The translations under genes and the position numbers were made by a program. Below, one piece after another: positions 1 to 10,020 of a DNA stretch of 64,000 nucleotides; within the stretch, counting starts at the first letter, position 1, and every line of letters begins with the position of its first letter. The stretch lies in the NCBI RefSeq assembly GCF_009914755.1, contig NC_060925.1; one strand, written 5' to 3'. This stretch comes from the human T2T-CHM13v2.0 reference genome, Homo sapiens. The notes beneath the pieces were generated by a model. That model had not been told where the DNA came from. It saw only the letters and a program-made list of their open reading frames with translations, and did no database searches.

Positions 1-625
1 CTGCCTCCTCTGAGCTGAAAGACAGTTGACCTACCCTGGGAAAAGGCCAGGTGTCCCTGAAGCAGAGGCTGGGGTTACTGTGCCTGGCAAGGGACTGAAT
101 GGAGGATGAGACACAAAAGATTCAAGTGGCCCAAAGGCTGCCAAAGGGCTGAGTTAGCACCTCTGGCTGAGATAAAAGATACCATAACATCAGACATGAC
201 AAACTTCTGTCATTAGCATGGAAGGATAATCAGAAACCAGGTAGACAAGAGATAACATGCTGGAGATCTGAAAAGCCAGCAATACCACTCTGAAGGTCTC
301 CTGCTCTCAATGTTGATATGACTTTAAGATTCCCCATTTGGTTTCTGGTTACTTTCTTGAAAGGAGCTCGAAGGGTAGAAGACATAGAACTACGAGAAGC
401 AGAGACATTTTTCTAAGTTGAACAAAGCATTATCTAAAGGAAGAGCTTGACTTTCTACATCAGACTAAGTTTTAGAATAGATAGGACCAAAGGTTGTTTT
501 TCTTCCTCAACACCCAGTGTGTCATGGCTTAGGAAGTAGTTTGAATTAAAGATGCAACAAAGGTACATTTTTTTTTTGTGCACTTCTAGGCTGTAGTGTG
601 AGTAAATATGTGGCCCCATTTCATT
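1..625 (+). mobile_element. Possible ancient LTR remnant (MamGypLTR/LTR8x-like), cut by the window start
   Basis: The 3' part (aaaggtacattttttttttgtgcacttctaggctgtagtgtgagtaaat) resembles my recollection of ancient Gypsy-like mammalian LTR ends. The match is weak. Confidence 0.3.
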
Positions 626-835
626 CTTATTATTGCCCTTACTGAGGTTATTAACACCCCCAATACCTTTTAACCAAACCCTTTTAAATGGAATTTTCTA
701 AGAGGCAGTGATTGGTTTGCACTGAGAATCAGCTTTCTCACCCCTCACTCTGGTGGCCACCACATGTTTAGAATTTGGCCTTTCATAGCCTTTGGCACTA
801 TAATGGAATTTTAAATCTCTTGACAATGCTTTCTA

Positions 836-891
836 GTTCAAAGCCACAAGCTTGGTCTCCTTAGCACCAGATGCTAACCAACTGAGCTAAC
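836..891 (-). mobile_element. Degenerate tRNA-Ile(AAT)-derived head (MamSINE1-like SINE or tRNA pseudogene)
   Basis: The reverse complement gttagctcagttggttagcatctggtgctaaggagaccaagcttgtggctttgaac aligns with tRNA-Ile(AAT) GTTAGCTCAGTTGGTTAGAGCGTGGTGCTAATAACGCCAAGGTCGCGGGTTCGATC. The A box is intact; the anticodon and B box are decayed. Confidence 0.7.
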
Positions 892-1066
892 TATAACTGT
901 AGGGACCGCAGACAAGCCCCAAACCATTCCAGAGGACTTTTAAATGTCAATAATGAGGACTTCATTATTGACGTTTATGATGACTCATCTATGTAGGGGT
1001 TTTAAGAAATGTCTGTCATTTTCATGCATTTTTGCTAGATTGCTGTGTAAATGAACAATATTTTTT

Positions 1067-1095
1067 AAACAAACAAACAAACAAACAAACAAAAA
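1067..1095. repeat. (AAAC)n microsatellite
   Basis: Direct reading. Confidence 0.9.
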
Positions 1096-1829
1096 AGGGG
1101 CTTCCAAACATGTGCTATACATTTTTCACTTAGAGTTAGCAACCTCACTCATAGCTATGACCCTATATGGAGACAGTGTTGCACATGAAAAGAAAAAGAA
1201 CAACAACAACTCTGTCTAAGAGGGGTCTTCATTAAAGGAAGTGGACATACTTAAAAGTGTGGATTTGCACATACAAGCCGGGCCACTACAAATCCGAAAT
1301 TGTGGTTTGCATGTTACATTGTTCAACACCCTCTATGCTTTCTTCATCATGCTTTGCAAGTGTGTCTGTGAAGAAACTGAAATTTGGCATGGAGACTCTT
1401 ATAGTTACAAGATTATCTAACGTCTGAAATTTTTAGGAATCATTTGACCAATAAAGCATATTTCAGCCTGTTATATTTGCTGACTGCTGTTCCACCTAAA
1501 TTGCTGCCATTCTACTTAATTCAGACAAGGAAGCTAGCAAAACACAAACATTGACTGCAGGTCACTTCCACATATTAATATAACTATATATATATAATAA
1601 GGGTTATAATATATACTATATAATATTTATAATATATGGTAATAATATGATAATATTACTGCCTACTCTTTAAGATACAGGCCTCCATTGTTGAGATACA
1701 CAGATAAATAAAACACAGGACCTTCTCTTGTGATTTTTCTTGGAGAATAGGTTACCCAATGGAGGTTAGAACAAAGGTAGGCCTGTCAAGCAGGACTTGG
1801 AGCCACAAAGGAGATCCTGCCACAGGCAC

Positions 1830-2341
1830 TGTGAGGAGTTAAGGAAGAAATGCCCTAGCACTCATGGCTAAGCTTCTGTTCTGTTGAACATAAACACTTT
1901 TACAGGTACCATCTTCCGACCATACGTGACTGTGATAAATCAAGACAAAAACAAAACAGCTATATAATCATGTATGATCATAGACAAAACAAAAACATCA
2001 TCCCAACCAAACAGATAGACCAAATATCCTCTGTCCTGGCCAATATGAGTAGTTGCATCACTACTCATTGAAACATTTGCCTCACTCACCTTCAAGAGAA
2101 GAATTATTAAGATGCCCAATCATAGAATTACCTGTTTCTTCCCAGCATCAAATCCAGAATAAAGCCTCACTTCCTTAAGGTCTCCTCCAAATCACCTAAC
2201 CCTAGACAAATCCTAAAATAAGTACTTTCTAGTACCCTTTTATTGAGATGCCCCACAAGTTAATAATGAAACAAGTCAATAAATCCAAATTGGGTCAAAT
2301 ATAGATGTGTTTCTGGTGGTATCTGACTAAGGGAAGTGACA
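1830..2341 (+). mobile_element. ERV1-class solo LTR (MER67/MER90-like)
   Basis: TG...CA termini (tgtgagg...gtgaca), ~510 bp, AATAAA near the 3' end, family-like motifs (caaatcacctaacc, tgtgtttctggtggtatctgact), imperfect 4-bp flanks gcac/tcac. Confidence 0.65.
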
Positions 2342-2989
2342 TCACTTTGCTTCTTCTTTTGAGATTCATGAAATCTTAGACTCTTAGACCTGTGAATGCT
2401 TAAGATCATGTAATCTGAATTCAGCTATGTGTGTAAAAACTCCACAATGTTTTTGACATATTATTAAGCATCCTTCAATAAATGCCTGTAGTATTAAAAA
2501 CATATTTATCCAATAAGGGATCCCATTAATTATTACATAAGTCTATCTAATTATTAAGAAATTATTACTTATGTTGAACCCCAAATCTACCATTCATTAA
2601 CTGTACCAAGGCTCTTCTCTCTTGACCCACACAAAATGACACGAACCTCGTTTCTACGTGATGTAGATTCAAATCTCTAAAGACGTCTACTGTAGTCTTC
2701 ACGTTTTCTCATTTCAGTTTCAATATTATCAGTATATTTTCAGTTCTTTTGATTATTGATCCTTTCCATAATTTACACTCTATACAGTCTCAATCCCTCT
2801 CTGAACATATTCTTGTTTGTTACAATGTCTCTTAAAGAGTTAGCCTGTATTTGATAATGGTAATTCAGACAAAGCCTTATTACTGCATGGCTTCTGTCTT
2901 GGTTTGGATTTGTCCTATTCGTTTATTTCTTCAACTCAAAAGCACGTTGAATGGTTTAGCCATTTAGCCATGTTGTTGGATACAATAGA

Positions 2990-3180
2990 TGGATAGAATA
3001 GATTCTGGAGTCAGACTGCTTATCTTCTCATCCATGCAGTCATTTTAACATTCCACATCTTGGCTTTGTTCATCAATGATCGGTGAGAAATGTCATACCT
3101 ACATCACAGAGTTGTTGTGATTAGGAAAGGAAACATAAATAGCCACAAAAGTATTTTTCACAAAGTAAATGCTATATAAG
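2990..3180 (+). mobile_element. MIR SINE
   Basis: ttctggagtcagactgc ... acctacatcacagagttgttgtga, MIR core-like. Confidence 0.6.
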
Positions 3181-3384
3181 GGTTTTCTGTCACTATTGGC
3201 TATTGTCTTTGAAACACAGGCATATCTGTGTACCTATAATTTTGTCTGTTCTGGGTTTGTTCATTCTTTAAACATTGTTTACATTTACATTTAACTTTAT
3301 TAATTGTAGAGTTTAAGTTTGACTCAGAATTCCACCCTTTGGAAGGTATTCTTAAACTTTTAGCCTCTAAATACTTTATTCAAT

Positions 3385-4060
3385 ATCCATCTCAGTTTTA
3401 TGTCACCCCAAAATGAGACAAGTTCTTCACTGAAGACACTAACTACATATATTTGAATAGGAAAGATATGAGGCAGAGCCCTTTAACACACCCTTAGCTA
3501 TCTCCCTTCCAATAAATGGATTCATTAACAATACCCATTTGGTGATGCTCATTATAGAAATCCTGAGTCTACCCAGTAGTAAATCACCCAGACCAAATTT
3601 CTTCATGTTTTAAAAGTATATTATAAGAAATTCTGTCAAATGATTTCCTGAAATCTTGACATAGTCTTTAACATAGCTCTAAACCAATATTGAGGAATTA
3701 TATTAAAAATAATGTATTCATCTAGCATAGCTTAATCACAAAGTCTCATGCTGTCACTTAAGTCTTCATAGATATACCATTTTATCATTTTATAATATTT
3801 TCTGTCACAACATCAAGCTCACTGGCTCATAGGTGTCACTAACTGTATCCAATTTTTGAAAATTGGGACAATATATACTAATCTTCTTCATTCTCCATAG
3901 CTTCTATTTGACATAGCATTTCATACGTCACCAATGTTGGTTTATCAGTTTAATCTGAACTCAATAAAAAATTGATAAGCTATTCACTAAGCTCTATGAA
4001 CAAACATTTGAATAGAAAAAGTTTGAGAACGGTGCCCTTTGACATCACGAGACCACAAAA
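3385..4060 (-). mobile_element. L3/CR1 LINE remnants
   Basis: ctgtcaaatgatttcctgaaatcttgac and ttgaataggaaagatatgaggcagagccctttaacacacc resemble the antisense CR1/L3 RT region. Confidence 0.55.
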
Positions 4061-4128
4061 TCCTTTGGGGATAGCCATTCATATCTAAATTCAATCAATC
4101 AAGTGTTTCCATTAACTAGGTTTCAGGC

Positions 4129-4217
4129 CAGTAACTCTCAAAGTTTTTCACAGTGAGTCATACTAAGAAACACATATACTTTCTATTGATCTTTCTCCTA
4201 TTTTTTATACACCCACA

Positions 4218-4257
<40 letters not shown>

Positions 4258-4413
4258 GAGAGAAAGAGAGACAGAGAGAGATAGAAACCGTGTTTAATAT
4301 TACTATATGATTTTTTCTAACCTGCTCTAGAAAAAGAAGCTGGGCCCAAACCCACCAAACTGATTTTATGGCCCACTAATAAGCAAGCCACAGTCCATGA
4401 TTAGAAAAACACG
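4129..4413. mobile_element. hAT-Charlie-type DNA transposon relic containing (CA)n(GA)n
   Basis: TIR-like ends cagtaactctcaaagt ... gaaaaacacg and internal aaactgattttatggcccactaat. Microsatellite at ~4218-4282. Confidence 0.5.
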
Positions 4414-4484
4414 GCTCCAACACATCTGTTTTTGTGTCTTTCTTCTTACTGATCCTAATACAATTCTGTATCAGCTTGAATTTC

Positions 4485-5187
4485 TCTATTAGTCGATTGG
4501 CTAGACTATGATACAGTAACAAACTCCAAAATCCCACTGGCTTAAAACTTCAGTGGTTGATTTTTCAGTCTTCACATGCATGGCAGTCTTCATGTGCATG
4601 GCAAGCTCATCCTCACATTACCCCCAAGCTGAGAAAGGTTCCCTCTCTGTGTTACCATTGTTGCCAATTAGGAAAATGAAATGTGGCAAATTATGAGCCA
4701 ACTCTCTAAATTTCTACTTGGAATTGACCCTGTGAATCATGTCCACTCACATCTTATTTGTCAAAGCAAGTAACATGGACACTCTCAGATCAAAGAAATC
4801 AGAGATATTTCATCCTACCACGTATCCAAATGGTGGAAAAATATATTTAGAAACAGTCTTGATGACCACTACAACACAACCTCGTGATCACAAAATACCA
4901 AGTTCAACATAAATATCTCATCAAGATTAAAGGCCGGGATGCTTAGGTGATGCTCCGTTTTCTCTGTGGCCTCTGCTGCTGCCTTCTGGGATGTTCTGCA
5001 TTCTTCATTACTCTTCTTGCTTACATTTGAAGTAGGTGTTGAAGATTATGCCTTGGAAGTTGGGAAACTGATGGTCATCATATATGAAACAAATTATTTA
5101 ATCTAGGCTGGTAGTCTTTTTGATAGTATAAATTTCTCAAAAGAAATGGGTTCCTTATCCATGTATTATAGTCATATATATATATAG

Positions 5188-5232
<45 letters not shown>

Positions 5233-6300
5233 GTCACACCCATTTTTTTCTTTAAAATAATTTAAATTATTTCTCTTTCTTGGCTTTGTTGATATTCCCT
5301 TACCATATGTCTCACTCTTTTCAAAACACATAGTGATTTTTAATCTCTTTTCCCAATCAATGTTCAATTAAAAGGATTTACTGGTTGCCACTGTTGTAAT
5401 TAGGTTTTTTGCTCTGAAATGAATTTAATTCATGGATTTTAACAATGGATATAAGAACCATATCCTTGAATTGATCCTTCTCATGAGGCTTAGTTTTAAT
5501 AGTCCTTTGTTGCTCAAAAGCCTTTTCGGTTCTTTTCTTTTACCCTTGGGGTTGAGAAGCAGTTGCCTTCTCTAACCCTATAAAAAGGCTGAAGTCTGAA
5601 CTCTCTCTAACCCCTTTCATTTCTACTTGCAAACAAGCCAATGCTTTGTAATGCTTATCTCATTTTTGTAATGCCCTGTCAAATGCAACCAAGACTAACT
5701 CTAACACAGGCTGACATTCTGTTTACCAATCTCTTCTCATAGAACTCCAAATTCACTGGGTACTGACTTGTTTGCCGTCTAAATTTTTGCAGCCAACAGG
5801 TTTACCAAATAGTTTGTGACTTCATAATGTAGGTCACCATCTTTCCAGCCTGCAATAACAGGTTTTTTGACTGCCAGTTGAACTATAAGTTCATGCTATA
5901 TATTTTGGTGCATTTTGGGTTCATATTGTTGGAGAACTCCGGTTATTATGGTATCAAATTCCCGAGTCATTCAGTGAAGCTACATTAGGCTACAGCGGCT
6001 TAAAACCACAGTGATTTATTTTTCATTCCTGCTACGTGTCCAATGCAGGCCAGTTGGAAACTGTTCTTGAGAGTTGTCCTCTCTCAAGGCCCAGGCCAAA
6101 GGGAGATCCATCTCCATGCTTTCATAGTTATTGAGGTAGGAAAGGGGATGCATGAAAATTGCGTAGTGGCTCTTAAAACTTTTGTCCAGAAGGTCACATG
6201 ACAGTGACTACTTTTAAAGAAGATAAAGAAATGAAATCATACTATGTGCCCAGAAGGAGTGCAGATAATATATTTGTGACTAGCCTTAATGACTATCACT
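4485..6300 (-). mobile_element. MLT1 (ERVL-MaLR) provirus with two LTRs (4485-4873 and ~5962-6300) and an internal region
   Basis: Two homologous LTR ends (atatatttagaaacagtcttgatgaccactaca / atatatttgtgactagccttaatgactatcac). The MaLR internal boundary motif ggtatcaaattc (5950-5961) lies just before the second LTR. Confidence 0.7.
5166..5229. repeat. (TA)n microsatellite
   Basis: Direct reading. Confidence 0.9.
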
Positions 6301-6309
6301 TTCTATGTA

Positions 6310-6510
6310 TGTTTCTTGCTAGATACTGTGATAAAAACTGTGCATATCTTCTTGTTTAATTCTCAGAATAACTGTACACATTGAAAGTCATTATCAATTT
6401 TTATTATGTGAAAAGTAAGATTTGGCAAAGTTGGCAAAGACATAAAACTAGTAACTGGCAAAGCCAAACATTGAAACTGGGTGTGTCTGATGCTGGTGCT
6501 CTTAGGCTCT
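6310..6510 (-). mobile_element. MIR SINE
   Basis: tttaattctcagaataactgt ... ctagtaactggcaaagcc ... ttgaaactgggtgtgtctga. Confidence 0.6.
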
Positions 6511-6676
6511 TAAATATAATGAGAAAAGCAAAATTAAATGTAGGACCATCAGTCCTGGCTATCCTCTCTGGAGGTGATTAATGCTTAACTCCTTTGGGCA
6601 TTTGATGCTCTTAAGTGATTTTCCTAATTATTTTTCGAATGTCTTCCAAAAAATTATTGCTTATCATTCCTCCCAA

Positions 6677-7075
6677 TGTAGTATTAATAAGGCTAAAGTG
6701 CTGTAAAAAATAGATCCTAAAATATGCCTCAATGCAACAGACGTTTATTTGTCATTCATGTGATAGTACAGGTTTTTGTTCCTGTTTATCAAATGGCTGT
6801 CCTTTAGATGTTAATTTAGGGACAAACTTCTTCCGTATTTTGGCTATGCTATACTCTAGGGACTTGTGTCTGTGTTCTGTGGAAGAAGCCACAGACAGAA
6901 GTTGTATACATCAATTCTTCTCACATTCGATTGGCAAATATGAATCACATGACCATACCCAGCTATGAGAGAAGCTGGAAAGTGCAGTCTTTGGTTGGGC
7001 AGCTCCATCCTAGATACAACTTTATAATTATGGAAGAGAATAATGGATTTTTTGAATAACTAACCCTCTCTAATA
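6677..7075 (-). mobile_element. MLT1 (J/K-like) solo LTR
   Basis: cacattcgattggc ... atcacatgaccatacccagctatgagagaagctggaaagtgcagtctt, typical of antisense MLT1. Confidence 0.7.
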
Positions 7076-7078
7076 CCT

Positions 7079-7147
7079 ACACATACACATAAACACACAC
7101 ACACACACACACACTCTCTCACACACACACATACACACACCCACACA
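7079..7147. repeat. (CA)n interrupted microsatellite
   Basis: Direct reading. Confidence 0.9.
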
Positions 7148-7284
7148 TTCTGTCCCATCAAAACCTGCTCCCAGTAAAGGCGTTATATTAATCATTTATA
7201 CCTTAATGTATGTTCATTAAATACCTTTTCTGAAAGACTTTGCATGGGAAAATCTTATATTCCAATCCTAAACATATTTCACAA

Positions 7285-7540
7285 AACCACTGTTAAATGG
7301 CATCCCATGGTCAAGAAATTTGGAAAATGTTAGTTTAAAGAAAGGAAAATAGATTTTTTCCCCCAGAGGATTTTTCATAGCTTCTAAATGTGTCAACATG
7401 AATTATAAATATTTAAGAAATAAATATTGTATGTAAATTTTCCCAAAAATATTTGACCACAGAATCTATTTTTGAGAAATCACTTTTTTTTTTCATTTCA
7501 AATTACTAGGGTGACTAGGACACTCAGATTTGAAAACCCA
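7285..7540. mobile_element. hAT-Charlie DNA transposon relic
   Basis: catggtcaagaaatttggaaaatg and ttttcccaaaaatatttgaccacaga are inverted-related motifs typical of old Charlie MITEs. Confidence 0.4.
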
Positions 7541-8771
7541 GTTTTTGGTTTAGAGAAATTAAAAACTCTATTGAGCTTGAATAAATCAAGACTTGAGTTT
7601 GGGTTCCCAGCCCTAACATGATAGGGAGAGTCTTCTCCCCTTACACATAAAGCCAGGCCTCTATAAACTTGTGTCTGCTGTTTCGCAGCAGATTACTCTG
7701 GAAAGGGGCACCCCAGAGCCCTGACTCTCTGAACTGCAGAATACCTTCTGCTCTGGGGGCTGTTGTTACCGTCAATACAATGCAAATGTGAATTCTCTTT
7801 ACAACTTTGAGCAGTGTTCTTTTATAGCACCAGATGACTGGTCTTAGTCCCTCCGGAGTCCTACCAGAGGAGTGGATGTCCTCATTTCTGTGAAGTCTCC
7901 ACTCCATTCTGTGCTCCCTGTCTGGAGCCAGATAATAAATATAATCCCAAAAACAAACAAAAGATTTTGCTTGCTGGCCAAATTTCAGATCAATAGAGCA
8001 GCTGGGCAGGAGCCAAGATTCAGAAGCTTGCATGGTGAGAGAGGCTACAGATCATTAAAGATGAACAGAGCCATAAAACACCAACACAACTGGCACAACC
8101 AATTGCAGTGCTTTTGGCAGGCTCTGCACAGAGTCCATGGATTGAACATTCCGGGAAATTAGGACAACCCTCTTCACACAGAGAGTGGGTGGAGCCCTCT
8201 CAACTTACTTGCAAGGTGCACTGTGGGCTCAGGCAGGGAAGCTCATTTTGCCTCTCAGGGTGATTGAGCCTGTGTGTTGCATATAGTGCTTGAGAGCTGT
8301 GTGCTTGTCCAAAACAATTCATTTACATAGCAGCAGTTAAACACAAAGGTCTAGAGTCCTTTTCAAATTCATCACACCTAGAAATAATTAACAAATAACA
8401 GTTTAATATTTTGAAGCAGTTGTTACAAATCATAGCTTGATACCTACATGAGTTTTTAATACATGCTACTATCAATTTACTGCAAAAATGGCAGTTTCCA
8501 GGTGGAGGCATGTTATTTCTCATTTGTAAACATAAATATAAGAATAACTATACAAATGAATGAATAAACTCTATTCTGAAGCCAAATTCAAAAGTATTAA
8601 GGAATAGGTTGAAAATCCATGCTTTTATGGCTCAGCTAGATTTGTCTGATTGGTACCCCTGACTATAAGCAAATATTAAATTTTAAAGTGAATTATTAAC
8701 ATTCAATAAAAAGGTGGAAGTTTCTTACAAACAGGTTGTTTTCTTTGCAAAGGGATTTACCACAAAATTAC

Positions 8772-9480
8772 TTTTCAAAAATTGAGGTACAACTTACATA
8801 CAGTGAAATGCACAGATCTTACATGACCAATTTGATGAGCTTTGGCAAATGGATATACCCAAGTAACCAAGATGCAAATCAAGATATAGGCCATTTCCAT
8901 TATCCAGAAAGTTTCTCCATGCCCCTTACCAGCCACTTAACCCCTTCCCTAGCACAGTCAACCACTGTCAGTTTTCTGTCCCCGTATATTAGTTTTGTCT
9001 GTTCTGGCCTTCATATATTGGAGTCATACAGTATGTAGTCTTTCATATCTGGCTTTAGTTCAACACAATGCCTGTGAGAGTCATTAATGTTACTGAGTTT
9101 TATCAGTATTTCATGAATATACTTCTATTTATGGACATCTGAGTTATTTCCTAGTTTGGCTTATTATAAATAAAATTGTTAAGATATTTTGTGCCAATCT
9201 TTTTGTAAACATATGTTTTTGTTTCTCTTTGGCAAAAACCTAGGAGAGGAATTCTTGCATCAGAGGGAAGATCAACTTTTTGAAACTTACTAAGTGGTTT
9301 TTCAAAGTGGTTGAATATATGAGAGTTTGTGTTGATCCATAATTGCACCAATATTTCCAGTGGTTAGACAATTCTAGCAAGTATGAAAAATATTTAATTA
9401 TTTGGTTTTAATTTGCATTTTCCAGACCATTAAAATTCTAAACACCATTTTATGTGCAGGTTGGTGGTTGATATATGTTT
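8772..9480 (-). mobile_element. Old L1 (L1ME/L1MD-like) 3' end
   Basis: aattgaggtacaacttacatacagtgaaatgcacagatctt ... ttccattatccagaaagtttc ... ggttttaatttgcatttt. Confidence 0.8.
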
Positions 9481-9839
9481 ATTGCAAATTAAAATAATAA
9501 ATTTCTATAGGAAATACCAATATTATACACACACACATATATATATCTCTATCCCACAGTAGGTGCTCAATAAATGTTCACTGAATTAAATAGAAAGTTC
9601 TTATAATATTTTCAAAATGTGATATTATTGTCAAAATTTGTTTATATAAATATTAATATATAAAGAGACACATTTAATTATTCATGAGTTTGGCAGTAGG
9701 CATGTTCATGCCCCATCAAAATGGATTCACTCAATATCATCATTGGTCCAAGTAATATATGGAAAAATAAATCTACATGTATGACTCATAGCAGACCCTC
9801 TGAGTGGGACAATGGAGGAGTCAACTATAGATATTAAAC

Positions 9840-10020
9840 ATAGAGTAGAGGAGAAAAACTATGAACTTTTCTGTGAAAGATCTGAATTCAAGACCAATCT
9901 CTGTAATTTTCTAGCTCTATGACTCACTTAAAGATTCTGAGTCCCAGCTAATCATTTATATGATGGCCATTAAACATCACCTATCTCAGAAATTTACTGA
10001 TGATAAATTGATTGCAGAAG
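9840..10020 (+). mobile_element. MIR SINE
   Basis: agatctgaattcaagacc ... ttctagctctatgact ... cacctatctcagaa. Confidence 0.5.

Noticed and set aside
836-891. Functional tRNA-Ile gene
   Set aside because: The anticodon loop, T arm/B box and acceptor stem are disrupted.
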